Shown piece by piece: positions 1-9,289 of a stretch of DNA of 64,000 bases. A model generated the notes under the pieces. The model saw only the letters and a list, made by a program, of their open reading frames with translations, searched no databases and was not told the DNA's origin. Position numbers and translations under genes: made by a program. Numbering within the stretch: position 1 is the stretch's first letter; every line of letters begins with the position of its first letter. The DNA comes from Candidatus Woesearchaeota archaeon (GTDB taxonomy: Archaea > Nanobdellota > Nanobdellia > Woesearchaeales > JAGVYU01), in NCBI GenBank assembly GCA_018303105.1, contig JAGVYU010000061.1, forward strand, positions 3,109 to 67,108, read 5' to 3'.

Positions 1-1009
1 TTATGACATTATGGTCTTCAAGGAAAAACACAAGTTCGTGCTTTTTGAAGGCGCCGGATTTTATGACAATAGGATACATCATGAACACATGCGTGCTTCC
101 GGGCCTGATTTTAGGAAGCTGAAGATATTTTTCGTATTTTTTAAGACGATTTGTAAAAAACGCAGCGTTTTCCTGCCTTTTTTTCACGATTTCCTCCCAG
201 CGCTCAAGCTGCGCGCAGCCCAAAGCTGCTTCCATCTCGGTGATCCGATAGCTGTAGCCGAGCCGCTCAAATGAGAATCGCTTTGATATGATCGCATGCA
301 GCTCCCCATCATCTTTGTCCTTGTCATCATCTATGCTCATGTATGCTTCATTCCTGCCATGATTGCAGAGGCTTCTCAGCACAGCCGCATACTCGGGATT
401 GTTCGTAATGCACATGCCGCCGACACCCGTCGTGATAATATGCGCGACGTATGTGGAGAAACAGCCGATATCGCTTAATGTGCCAACAGGCCTTCCATTG
501 TATGTCGCGAAAATGGTCTCGCACGTGTCCTCAATCACTTTGAGATTATGTTTTTTCGCGATGGCTAGAATAGGATCCATGTCCGCGGGGAGTCCATAAT
601 GATGCACGACCATAATTGCCCTCGTTCTTGGAGTGATCGCTTCCTCGATTTTCTTAGGGTCAATGCAATAGTACTCTTTTTCGACATCGACAAAAACGGG
701 CTTCAGGTTATGCATTATAATGACATTTGATGTAGAGATGAATGTAGACGCGGGGGTGATGACTTCATCGCCGTCGTTCCAATCATGTAGTTCTTTCATG
801 CAGGCGATCGCGACCCTCAGCGCGCTTGTTCCTGAGTTGGAGATAATGCCATATTTCGCGCCGTGCCATTTCGCGATGAATTCTTCCATGCGTTTTGAAT
901 AGGGGCCATAACTCAAGCGCTGCCTCATAAGGACGTCTATTACATACTCTTTCGCCTTCTCGTCGATATTTGGGACCCCAAAACCGATACGGTGGTCAAT
1001 TTTTTGCAT
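1..1009 (-). CDS. DegT/DnrJ/EryC1/StrS family PLP-dependent sugar aminotransferase. The C-terminal part lies outside the window, so the ORF track shows nothing here.
   Basis: The reverse-strand translation reads MQKIDHRIGFGVPNIDEKAKEYVIDVLMRQRLSYGPYSKRMEEF...GYSYRITEMEAALGCAQLERWEEIVKKRQ. The GY(N/S)YRMTEMQAALG block is characteristic of this family. The ATG complement is at 1007-1009, and the reading frame stays open to position 1. Confidence 0.75.
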   Translation of the reverse strand, partial: MQKIDHRIGFGVPNIDEKAKEYVIDVLMRQRLSYGPYSKRMEEFIAKWHGAKYGIISNSGTSALRVAIACMKELHDWNDGDEVITPASTFISTSNVIIMHNLKPVFVDVEKEYYCIDPKKIEEAITPRTRAIMVVHHYGLPADMDPILAIAKKHNLKVIEDTCETIFATYNGRPVGTLSDIGCFSTYVAHIITTGVGGMCITNNPEYAAVLRSLCNHGRNEAYMSIDDDKDKDDGELHAIISKRFSFERLGYSYRITEMEAALGCAQLERWEEIVKKRQENAAFFTNRLKKYEKYLQLPKIRPGSTHVFMMYPIVIKSGAFKKHELVFFLEDHNVI

Positions 1010-1046
1010 GATGTTGTTGAATAGAGAAGCATTTAAATAGGTTTCT

Positions 1047-2012
1047 GTGCTCTATTCCCATATGAAACGCGCGCTGATCACGGGCATCGCAGGACAGGAT
1101 GGAAGCTATCTTGCCGAATTCCTTTTAAAAAAAGGGTATCAAGTATACGCTATTGATCGGAAACGAGATGTTCTTCCCCCATATCTCGAAGCGATTAAAA
1201 ACAAAATCACGCTTGTTCAGGCGGATTTGCTTGATATGCAAACTCTTGTAACGTGCATGCGCGAGGTTAAGCCTGATGAGATCTACAATCTCGCGGCGCA
1301 ATCGCTTGTACAGGATCCTCGCAATCCTCCGTCATATACATTTCAAGTCAATACGATCGCAGTGTATAACCTTCTTGAGGCAGTCCGTGTTTCTGGCATT
1401 ACTACACGGTTTTTTCAGCCGTCAAGCTCGGCGATGTACGGTGATGTGACTACTAGCCCACAGAATGAGAAGACACCGTTCAATCCCAAAACACCGTATG
1501 CGATCTCAAAACTCGCTGCGCATGAGCTCACGGAGTTTTATCGTGATCGTTACACTATGTTTTGCGGCATTGGCATTCTCTATAATCATGAAAGCCCTCG
1601 AAGAAGCCCGGAAGCGATCATGCGCAAGGTTGTCTCTACCGCAGTGAAGATCAAGCACGGCGAGGAAAATAAGCTCAAAATGGGCACACTCGATACGCAC
1701 CGCGATCAGGGCTTTGCGGGCGATTATGCTGAAGCGATGTGGATGATCCTGCAACATGAAAAACCAGACGTGTTTGTCATCGCAACGGGAGAAGTGCACA
1801 GCATACGAGAACTTGTTGACGCTGTTTTCAAAGAACTTGGCATGGGCTATGAGCAATATTATGAGTTTGATGAGCGGTTTGCACGGCTTCCTGAAAAAGG
1901 AGTTCTTGTTGGGGATATTTCAAAGATCAAGATGACGCTGGGCTGGCAGCCAAGGACGAAGTTCAAAGAGCTTATTAAGATGATGATTGAATCGGAAAAC
2001 AGCAAGCGCTAG
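1047..2012 (+). CDS. gmd: GDP-mannose 4,6-dehydratase
   Basis: The N-terminus KRALITGIAGQDGSYLAEFLLKKGYQVY matches the Rossmann fold of short-chain dehydratases. The catalytic Y..K region and overall length fit Gmd. It is divergent from the DegT gene. Confidence 0.85.
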   Translation: MLYSHMKRALITGIAGQDGSYLAEFLLKKGYQVYAIDRKRDVLPPYLEAIKNKITLVQADLLDMQTLVTCMREVKPDEIYNLAAQSLVQDPRNPPSYTFQVNTIAVYNLLEAVRVSGITTRFFQPSSSAMYGDVTTSPQNEKTPFNPKTPYAISKLAAHELTEFYRDRYTMFCGIGILYNHESPRRSPEAIMRKVVSTAVKIKHGEENKLKMGTLDTHRDQGFAGDYAEAMWMILQHEKPDVFVIATGEVHSIRELVDAVFKELGMGYEQYYEFDERFARLPEKGVLVGDISKIKMTLGWQPRTKFKELIKMMIESENSKR

Positions 2013-2094
2013 GTGTTGATCGCGCTTTGAACGGAAGCCTATCCCATATTGCCAGTCGAAAGATTTAAATAGTATATCTCAGTTATACTATTAT

Positions 2095-2646
2095 ATGGCA
2101 AGTCTGAGTAAAGAAGAGAATATACTGAAATTAATTTTAGAAAACAGCCCTTTGAAAGAATGGCACTTTGAAGAGATCGTAAGAGAAGCAAAGGTTACAA
2201 GAGCAGTTGCAAACAAGTGGCTGAAAAAATATGTGTCTGAAGGAATATTGAAGTACATTAGAGAAAAAGGAAAGTTTCCCTATTACACTGCAGGCACGAA
2301 TAATCCCGTATATCACTCTCTAAAACGAGTATACGCATTACAGCAGCTTCATAAAAGCGGGCTTATCCCTAAACTTTTATCTCTCAAAACGGCCAAAGCG
2401 GTCATATTGTTTGGCAGTATTGTGAAGGGGGACTGGTACAGAGATTCTGATATTGATATCTTTATTTTCGGATATGTTTCGGATTTTGATAAAAACATTT
2501 ATGAACGTAAACTTCATAAGCACATTGAATTACATGTCTTTCAAAACAGAAAAGAGATTGAAGAAGTCAAAACCGGATTGATAAAAAATATCATGAATGG
2601 TTATATCATAAAAGGGCAGATACAGGATTTTGCAGAGGTCGCATAA
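2095..2646 (+). CDS. Nucleotidyltransferase-domain protein (MNT-like) with an N-terminal winged-helix region
   Basis: ILFGSIVKGDWYRDSDIDIFIF fits the G[SG]x9-13DxD nucleotidyltransferase motif. Its stop abuts the next ORF's start (2646/2647). Confidence 0.6.
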   Translation: MASLSKEENILKLILENSPLKEWHFEEIVREAKVTRAVANKWLKKYVSEGILKYIREKGKFPYYTAGTNNPVYHSLKRVYALQQLHKSGLIPKLLSLKTAKAVILFGSIVKGDWYRDSDIDIFIFGYVSDFDKNIYERKLHKHIELHVFQNRKEIEEVKTGLIKNIMNGYIIKGQIQDFAEVA

Positions 2647-3120
2647 ATGAAGATTACAATTGACGATCTGAACAAAACATACCAGCTGTGCATGAGCACA
2701 GGCAGCATAAAAGAGAAAAATCCAGATGTTGAGCTCATACGATCACTCAAGACTGTTGCGGAAAAATGCCTCGAGTTCATAAACCGTAAGTCAAAAGACA
2801 TTCCAAGGGACAGCACAGACTGGACATTTGTTTTTCGGGATTACTACGAGTCATTAAGAGGATTCATCGAAGCATATCTTCTATTTGAAGGAATTGAAGC
2901 GGATAATCACCAATGCAAAAACGCATACCTGTGCTTTAAACATCCGGAGCTTGATCTCGACTGGGAATTCCTCGAAACAATACGACTGAGAAGAAACGCG
3001 GTTAATTACAAAGGACAACTACTTAAACATGAGGACTGGAAACTGTTTAAACTGAAATTTGAGTTGCATATCAATGCGTTGAGAAGAGAGATCGAGAAGA
3101 AGTTAGAAAAAGATTTATAA
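2647..3120 (+). CDS. HEPN-domain protein, partner of the preceding MNT
   Basis: It is alpha-helical and contains an R(x4-6)H-like segment (RLRRNAVNYKGQLLKH). Arrangement is adjacent to the MNT gene in an operon. Confidence 0.45.
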   Translation: MKITIDDLNKTYQLCMSTGSIKEKNPDVELIRSLKTVAEKCLEFINRKSKDIPRDSTDWTFVFRDYYESLRGFIEAYLLFEGIEADNHQCKNAYLCFKHPELDLDWEFLETIRLRRNAVNYKGQLLKHEDWKLFKLKFELHINALRREIEKKLEKDL

Positions 3121-3275
3121 ATATCTGATATGCTTTTGGGGACATATGAATGATTTTAATATCCGGGGCATCTTCCGAGCTTCGCCAAAGCGTTCTAATT
3201 ATGCCGTATGGAACGGAAACGTTCTCTGATTAGAAATAAACGCTGCTTAACTGAATAAAAAGCGAGAGTAGATCG

Positions 3276-4205
3276 CTACGTCCTAATTGAAAGCTGATTC
3301 TGCTCCGTTGTTTTCAATGATTCGCCCAATCCATATCCCATATTAAACGAGTATTGCTCGGCCACGGAGCTTAAGAAGTCTAGGAATGATACGGGGGGTT
3401 CGAGCTCCGCCACCGTTATCGTCTCATTCAACTGCTGCCTGAGATACTCCTCTGCGTCTCTCCTACCGCCAAGCGCGTCAATCAATCCAAGCTCTTCTGC
3501 CTCGATACCAAGGTAAATCCTGCCTGTAGCGAGCTCTTTGACCTGCTCCTTTGTCAGGTTTCGGTTCCTCGCAACCTCCTCGATGAAGAATATGTGGATA
3601 CGATCAAGCTCGCCTTGAAGAATTGCGCGCTCTTCTTTGGTTAGCGGTTTGAAGGGAATGCCCATGTCCTTATGTTCTCCTGAGATGAGCTGTTCATACG
3701 TGATATTCCAATCCCTGAGAAGGCCTGAAAACTCAAGATATGAGCCAATGACACCAATAGATCCTGTGACAGACATGCGGTTTGCGAAGATGTAATCTGT
3801 TGAGGAGGCAATCCAATATCCTCCAGATGCTCCGACTTCCCTGATATAACTTACGGTTGGCTTATTGAGCGCCTTCATTGCGGTTCCGATCTCATCACTC
3901 GCTACAGCGCTCCCTCCAGGGGAGTTTATCTCGATCATAATCGCTTTAATAGAGGGGTCTTCTTCCGCTGTCTCCAGAAGATCAATGATCGTGTCGGAGG
4001 CAGCAACATCCTCAGCGAAAAAACCGCTTTGCTCCCCAGAGACTATGGGCCCGTGAATTTTGATGAGCGCGACATTTCCTGATGCGCTCGGTGTCTCCGT
4101 TGCCGTGAGCAGGGCTATACAGCCCGCAAAAAAACTGCTCACGAGGAACAACCCGGCAAGGAATACTATCACAATCCAAAGTTTCGCGCGCGGTTCTGTT
4201 TTCAT
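3276..4205 (-). CDS. sppA: Signal peptide peptidase SppA (S49 family)
   Basis: It has an N-terminal TM anchor and the IEINSPGGSAVASDEI ... YIREVGASGGYWIASSTD blocks typical of the ClpP/crotonase-fold S49 peptidases. Confidence 0.8.
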   Translation of the reverse strand: MKTEPRAKLWIVIVFLAGLFLVSSFFAGCIALLTATETPSASGNVALIKIHGPIVSGEQSGFFAEDVAASDTIIDLLETAEEDPSIKAIMIEINSPGGSAVASDEIGTAMKALNKPTVSYIREVGASGGYWIASSTDYIFANRMSVTGSIGVIGSYLEFSGLLRDWNITYEQLISGEHKDMGIPFKPLTKEERAILQGELDRIHIFFIEEVARNRNLTKEQVKELATGRIYLGIEAEELGLIDALGGRRDAEEYLRQQLNETITVAELEPPVSFLDFLSSVAEQYSFNMGYGLGESLKTTEQNQLSIRT

Positions 4206-4228
4206 GATGGTTTTGGAAGTGCCTCTCT

Positions 4229-4738
4229 TTATAAAGATTGTTCAAAATTGTGCTGCTCAACAACATTCGCCTTCACGATGACATCTGAAAGGCGCTTGTT
4301 TTCTTTTGAAAACACGATCCATAAGGGATCAAGGAGCCAAAGGAGGATGAATGGGATGACGGGCAGCAAGAAAAGGTTTCTGGCAAGCACGCGCCAGAAC
4401 CCTAGGTCTCCATTCTCGGACACGACATGCAAGCCGAGCAGCATTTTCCCAATACTCTGGCCAAACCAATACTCAAGAAATGTGAAATAACAGATGGAAA
4501 GGATGCTGGCGTAGAGGAAGATGAGAAAAATAAGATTAGCGGCATACGGATTCTGCGTGAAGAGCTGGAGGTTATCGGACATCGTGCCGAGAGGCACAAT
4601 GCCCATGATGAGATTCCGCAAGGGAAAAAGGATGAGCGTGTCCAGAACGATAAGATCAACAAGGAACGCCAACCCCCTCCTGAGAAGATTAGCGGGAGCC
4701 TGGAATGATTTCCGCCGGGGAAGGTTTAATCGCATCAC
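4229..4738 (-). CDS. RDD-family membrane protein
   Basis: The RRGLAFLVDLIVLDTLILFP start and three TM segments fit the RDD family. Confidence 0.55.
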   Translation of the reverse strand: MMRLNLPRRKSFQAPANLLRRGLAFLVDLIVLDTLILFPLRNLIMGIVPLGTMSDNLQLFTQNPYAANLIFLIFLYASILSICYFTFLEYWFGQSIGKMLLGLHVVSENGDLGFWRVLARNLFLLPVIPFILLWLLDPLWIVFSKENKRLSDVIVKANVVEQHNFEQSL

Positions 4739-4789
4739 TCGGGTTGAGCGCAGGGGCTATTTAAAGATTGTGACATAAGTTAGTAAGAT

Positions 4790-5045
4790 TTGATTTGTAT
4801 TTCTTGCACGCCACCATGTCGGCGGCTTACGGCCATGCATCGCATGGCCTACTCGCCACCCCGGATGTCTAAGAAATCGAAGATTTCTGAGATCTTAAAA
4901 ATTGCAGAGCAATTTTTCAGAGGGCATCCCCCGGCTCGTCCAGCGCCGACGTGGCGTGCGGCGAGGGTGGGGATGCGCCGTCCGGGCTCCCGAGCAGGAC
5001 AGATTTACGAAGTAAATCTGGACGTCGCACCGCCACTGTCGGCGC
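4790..5045 (+). ncRNA. Candidate GC-rich structured non-coding RNA of unknown class, strand uncertain
   Basis: This is the highest-GC non-coding stretch in the window. It holds several perfect hairpins: GGCCATGC/GCATGGCC at 4831-4849, AGAAATC-GAA-GATTTCT at 4872-4888, AAAAATTGC-AGA-GCAATTTTT at 4896-4916, GCATCCCC...GGGGATGC at 4924-4976, and CAGATTTAC-GAA-GTAAATCTG at 5000-5020. The only ORFs here are Arg-rich shadow frames. Confidence 0.3.
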
Positions 5046-5113
5046 AAATATTGTTAACAACTGAAGATCATTGACCACAATCCTTATAAACTGCGTTCCG
5101 TTCCATAAACTCA

Positions 5114-5452
5114 ATGCAAAGAAAACCGTTCAGGCAACCTGAAGCGCCCGAGGCGCAGATTGCACGCATATTTTTACCGCGTGATAAGCAGGTATTCGGA
5201 CTTCTTGAGCAGAGGCTTGGCGCTTCGCGAATCAGAGTGCGCTGCCTTGATGGCAAGACTCGGATCTGCAGGATTCCAGGAAGGCTCAAGAGGAAGTTAT
5301 GGGTGCGTGAGGGCGATATCGTGATTGTGGAGCCCTGGGAGTTTGGGGGAGACGCGAAAGGCGATGTCGTGTACAAGTATACGCCCACGCAAGTGCAGTT
5401 TTTGAAGAATAAGGGCTATCTGAAACAGCTTGATGAGTTCTCAGAGTTTTAA
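5114..5452 (+). CDS. eif1a: Translation initiation factor aIF-1A
   Basis: GKTRICRIPGRLKRKLWVREGDIVIVEPWEF is the S1-like OB fold of eIF-1A. A TATA-like cttataaa box sits about 25 nt upstream, consistent with a leaderless mRNA. Confidence 0.9.
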   Translation: MQRKPFRQPEAPEAQIARIFLPRDKQVFGLLEQRLGASRIRVRCLDGKTRICRIPGRLKRKLWVREGDIVIVEPWEFGGDAKGDVVYKYTPTQVQFLKNKGYLKQLDEFSEF

Positions 5453-5512
5453 AACGTATCACTACTCGACCATAGAAATCCTTATATACGAGTTTTCAAC
5501 TTCAAAAACTGT

Positions 5513-5947
5513 ATGTGGGGACAAAAATTCATACAGTTTTCGATCATCTTATTCATAACATACGTCTGCACGATCCTGCTTATCTTCAAAACGTCAGGAT
5601 GGCTGTTTAAGATTGAGTTTTTCGTGTTTTTGCTGTTTATCCTCGTTAGCTTTTTGTTCATGCTGGGCTTATTTGTCGAAGAGCGCTGGGGCTATGTTGT
5701 TGGATTTATGCTGTTCCTGCTTGTGCTCGTCAATCTGCTTGTCCTGAAGTTTATGCTCGTGGACAATCTCGCGGTTTTTGCCATAGCGATGATTGCGGCA
5801 CTCATTGGCTTCATCATATGCATAGCAAATATGAAGAAAGAGCCATTGGAAGTTCCCGAGCCTGTACCGGAGCACAAGATTTTACCGTATGGCGTTGGGG
5901 GCAAGAAAGCCCCGGCTAAGAATCAAAGAAAGCGCAAGAAGCGCTAG
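5513..5947 (+). CDS. Small polytopic membrane protein with a basic C-terminal tail
   Basis: It has four hydrophobic segments and ends in KKAPAKNQRKRKKR. Confidence 0.4.
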   Translation: MWGQKFIQFSIILFITYVCTILLIFKTSGWLFKIEFFVFLLFILVSFLFMLGLFVEERWGYVVGFMLFLLVLVNLLVLKFMLVDNLAVFAIAMIAALIGFIICIANMKKEPLEVPEPVPEHKILPYGVGGKKAPAKNQRKRKKR

Positions 5948-7083
5948 AGCATTCTAATATCCACTTCCATTCCATCACGTGTGGGATACTCCTCAACGAT
6001 CGCGGGGAGGAGGCGAAGGCGTTTTACATCCTTACGCTTCTTGAATAACTCTTGTGGATCGCAGAGAAGCCTGAGCTTTTCGTGGTCAATGATGCTTTGG
6101 AGCGGGAGTTTCGCTTGTTTTTCCCTGAGGCGCTTGAGAACATTGTTTTTCTCTACAGGTGTTAAGCTCTGCAAGCGCTTCCGATACGAGAATCCGGGCT
6201 CAAGATCTGGTAAATATGCCACTCCGCGAATGAGTAAACCGTCCTTTGTGATTGTGTCGAAAGGCAATGCTATGCGTTTAGCTCTTCGCCTAATCCTTTG
6301 AGTGAGTTGCACCTTGTCTTTGAGTTTTGACGTGCAGAAGTGAATGGGATACGAGTGAGGATCACGCATGAGCCTTAATGCGAGTGCTTTGCTTCCCTTA
6401 ACCGCGTATGATGTTTTGTCTTTCGCTTCATATTTTAGCTTTCTGAGCATGGACGCGTTCGTGTCAGAAAGCTCAAGCTCATTCATGTTGACGAAGTCAA
6501 CTTTATGGTCAAGAAAATGTAAGAGTTTCTTTGTTTGTTTTTCATAGCTGGGGATTGAGGGAATCTCAACACCAATTGTCCAAGGGAATTTTCTTGCTAT
6601 GTCAATGCGGTTCCATAACGTATCATTCCATAGCACTGGATGAAAACGGATTTCATCCAATCCGGCATTGCATAATGCTTTGAGCCTTTTTGGTTCGACA
6701 TGCTCAAAGCCCGTGTACAGGTGGATGTGGAAGTTTTTTCCAAACTCTTTTTTTAATGCTTTAATTGCCTTTACAGTGCGCTGCCATTGGATTAAAGGAT
6801 CCCCACCTGTGATACCTGCGCCTTCCGCACCGCAAAGCTTCGCTTCTTTGATTATGATGTCTAGATGTTTTTTTTCGAGTTTGTTCGTAAAGCCAGTATC
6901 CCACTCATTCGCGAACACTTTATCCGTCCTTCTGATCTCTGACAACGGGCAGTAAAAGCATTTCCTGAAACAATCGCCTGTGATGAAGAGCACGAGTTTC
7001 TTACCCTGCACGCAGAGTTCGCAGCCTTTAGGGAGTTTGCCTGTCGTATAGGAATAATACACGGTTTTATGGATTGAGGGCAT
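5944..7083 (-). CDS. Radical SAM domain protein
   Basis: It carries the CxxxCxxC cluster motif (GDCFRKCFYCP) followed by GGDPL, then an extended basic C-terminal region. Confidence 0.7.
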   Translation of the reverse strand: MPSIHKTVYYSYTTGKLPKGCELCVQGKKLVLFITGDCFRKCFYCPLSEIRRTDKVFANEWDTGFTNKLEKKHLDIIIKEAKLCGAEGAGITGGDPLIQWQRTVKAIKALKKEFGKNFHIHLYTGFEHVEPKRLKALCNAGLDEIRFHPVLWNDTLWNRIDIARKFPWTIGVEIPSIPSYEKQTKKLLHFLDHKVDFVNMNELELSDTNASMLRKLKYEAKDKTSYAVKGSKALALRLMRDPHSYPIHFCTSKLKDKVQLTQRIRRRAKRIALPFDTITKDGLLIRGVAYLPDLEPGFSYRKRLQSLTPVEKNNVLKRLREKQAKLPLQSIIDHEKLRLLCDPQELFKKRKDVKRLRLLPAIVEEYPTRDGMEVDIRML

Positions 7084-7244
7084 GGCTTGAGTTGTTTTTG
7101 GAGGATTTATAAATTCGCACTATTCAGAACGGAAACTTTTCGGACATCAAATTGTTTATTCAAAATTGTGTCGAAATACCTCGAAAAATATCCGAATTTT
7201 ATTGGGAAAGATATATTAAGGGGAAGATCATAAGATATAAATAG

Positions 7245-7475
7245 GTGTTATACATGAATTATACTATGGCATTCGAAGTGAAAGTGAAAAAGTGGGGGAA
7301 CTCCCTGGGTGTTGTCATCCCCCGGGAAGTCATTGCAGAAAAACGATTGCGTGAGGGAGAGCGCATTGCACTTGAGGTCTTTAAAGTGGGAAACTTGAAG
7401 GACTTATTCGGAAAATATCCTGATCTTCCATCCGGGATGCATGTGAAGAGAATTGTAAGGAAAGGATGGAAATAA
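7245..7475 (+). CDS. AbrB/MazE/SpoVT-family antitoxin (VapB-like)
   Basis: VKKWGNSLGVVIPREV is a swapped-hairpin beta-barrel motif. It overlaps the PIN gene by 10 nt. Confidence 0.6.
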   Translation: MLYMNYTMAFEVKVKKWGNSLGVVIPREVIAEKRLREGERIALEVFKVGNLKDLFGKYPDLPSGMHVKRIVRKGWK

Positions 7476-7834
7476 TGAACACATTCTTTTTTGACACGTA
7501 TGCGCTAATAGAGATGTTGAAGGGAAATCCGAATTATGACGCATATACCAGCGCAATCCTGATCACGGGCAGATTAAACCTGATGGAACTCTACTATTAT
7601 TTTCTTCGTGAACGCAATGAGCCGAGAGGAAGAAAGGCCTTTTTAGACTTGCGCGCATTTTGTGTCGCGTTCTCAGATGATGAGCTCATGGAGGCGTGCC
7701 ACTTGCGACGTACAATAAAGAAGGCCTCTTATGTGGATGCGCTTGGCTATGTCCTTGCGAAGCGATGCCGGGCGCGCTTCCTGACAGGGGATCCTGCGTT
7801 CAAGGGTGTGGAAGATGTGGAGTTTGTGGTGTGA
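7466..7834 (+). CDS. PIN-domain ribonuclease (VapC-like toxin)
   Basis: The FFFDTYALIE start carries the first acidic residue of a PIN domain. Size and operon position with the AbrB-like gene fit VapC. Confidence 0.6.
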   Translation: MEIMNTFFFDTYALIEMLKGNPNYDAYTSAILITGRLNLMELYYYFLRERNEPRGRKAFLDLRAFCVAFSDDELMEACHLRRTIKKASYVDALGYVLAKRCRARFLTGDPAFKGVEDVEFVV

Positions 7835-7846
7835 GGGGTTGCATGT

Positions 7847-8236
7847 ATGAACGTTCATCCAGCTTACAGCTTTTTTGAGAAACATTGGAACGATCCAAAA
7901 CACGATATTCATTGTAGCGCTGTCCTCAAGGCCTGTTTGGGCATGATTCAGGATACGGATTTGAATCCTGAGGTTTTTATCGTTGCTGCCTGGATTCATG
8001 ATATGGGCAAATTAAGGGATAAGGAAAACCACCACGTTGAGAGCATGCATTATCTTGATCTCTTTATGCAAGAGTATCCGCAATTCCGTGGGATTTATGA
8101 TACCGTGAAAGATTGCATCATTCACCATCGCACTCATGGAACGCCTCAAATACTCTATGGTCAGATTTTCCAAGTCGCGGACAAAGTTGCGCTTGAGAAT
8201 AAGGAATGGAAGGCGTTTAAGAAAGCGCAGAAGTGA
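7847..8236 (+). CDS. HD-domain phosphohydrolase
   Basis: H..H...D is spread through the sequence, including AAWIHDMGK (the HD motif). Confidence 0.6.
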   Translation: MNVHPAYSFFEKHWNDPKHDIHCSAVLKACLGMIQDTDLNPEVFIVAAWIHDMGKLRDKENHHVESMHYLDLFMQEYPQFRGIYDTVKDCIIHHRTHGTPQILYGQIFQVADKVALENKEWKAFKKAQK

Positions 8237-8302
8237 TAATTGTAACTTACTAGTAGTAAATAGCGAAACATTTATATATGAGTTTATCTTTAAGCACCCA
8301 TT

Positions 8303-9289
8303 ATGCTAAGACGAGGGCCTCCGGGTGGACCGCGAAGAATACAAGGCGAAAGATTGATGTTCGGGCCAGGCGGAGAATTATGTTCTATTACTGGAAATCC
8401 TAAAACCTCAGATGTACAGGGATGCGCGGCTTCTCTGAGTGATGCTTGTATAGATCCTGCATCAACAATATCTAGAGTGTATGATGATTTGGAGCAACGA
8501 GTATTCGCTTTCTTGAGAAAAGCAAGAAATACGGGAGCAGCCATTATCGCTGGAGCGTATTTAGCCTTCACACCTTGCCATGCACGCGCAGACCAAGCGC
8601 TTGCAGATGAAGTTGTGGATTATCTTCTCACGGCAACCGAACAACCCACAACGGCCGTAATAAACCAATACGATCATAACGATGATGGAACAATAGACGC
8701 GGCAGACGTTGTTCGCGCAATGAGCATGCCGGCGGAATGGCACACGGTCTATGAGAATGAGTTTGATGATGGAATATGGCCGGATCCCGGAATTGTTTAT
8801 TTGAGTGGGAGCGTACATGGGGATTCCGAAGCAAACGGCGTGTTAAATTTGAGTGGGTTGCCGGCGGCGAATGATTTGATTGGTATAGGCCTCCCTTATG
8901 ATGGACAAGTTAGAGTATCTTGCAGTTTTGAAGGTGCAGTTCCAACTGGTTCCGGGGGTTATGGTATCGCACTTGCTAACACTGATCAAAATAAAAGGGT
9001 GATTGTAGGCGTTCAAAATAGGGCAACTGAAGGGATTCAGTTGCGTTTTCAGGAAACGGGGGGTCCCATATATTGGACGCCGATAAGTGATGTTTCTAAT
9101 CTACAACTGCGCCTAATAAGAAATGATCAAGGATTAGTGACAGCAGAATACAATGAAGGTAATACTTGGAATAGTGTCAACGGCGTAAGTAATATTTTGC
9201 AGTTCTTGGATTGTGTTCCGTCTATTAACTGTTCATATCAAGGAACGGACGTCTATAGAATCAAAAGTGTTCAAATAGAACAACGCTAA
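8303..9289 (+). CDS. Secreted protein with a dockerin-like calcium-binding repeat. The start codon is uncertain.
   Basis: NQYDHNDDGTIDAADVVRAM matches the dockerin/EF-hand-like D.N.DG..D loop, and a beta-rich C-terminal domain follows. The first roughly 60 residues of the track ORF are probably not translated. Confidence 0.4.
   Translation: MLRRGPPGGPRRIQGERLMFGPGGELCSITGNPKTSDVQGCAASLSDACIDPASTISRVYDDLEQRVFAFLRKARNTGAAIIAGAYLAFTPCHARADQALADEVVDYLLTATEQPTTAVINQYDHNDDGTIDAADVVRAMSMPAEWHTVYENEFDDGIWPDPGIVYLSGSVHGDSEANGVLNLSGLPAANDLIGIGLPYDGQVRVSCSFEGAVPTGSGGYGIALANTDQNKRVIVGVQNRATEGIQLRFQETGGPIYWTPISDVSNLQLRLIRNDQGLVTAEYNEGNTWNSVNGVSNILQFLDCVPSINCSYQGTDVYRIKSVQIEQR

Noticed and set aside
4790-5045. 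Assignment of the GC-rich RNA candidate to RNase P RNA or SRP RNA
   Set aside because: Only a partial GUCCGGGCUCC match to the RNase P CR-I region is present, without the GGAAAG part. No CR-IV/V-like ACAGAAnCCGGCUUA was found, and no SRP helix-8 GGAAGG/AGCA motif. The evidence does not support a named class.
4790-5074. A 94-aa plus-strand ORF and a 65-aa minus-strand ORF inside the GC-rich intergenic region
   Set aside because: Arg/Pro-rich composition of this kind is expected from translating GC-rich non-coding DNA. The frames have no start context or homology, and the region is dominated by perfect hairpins. It was treated as a structured RNA candidate.
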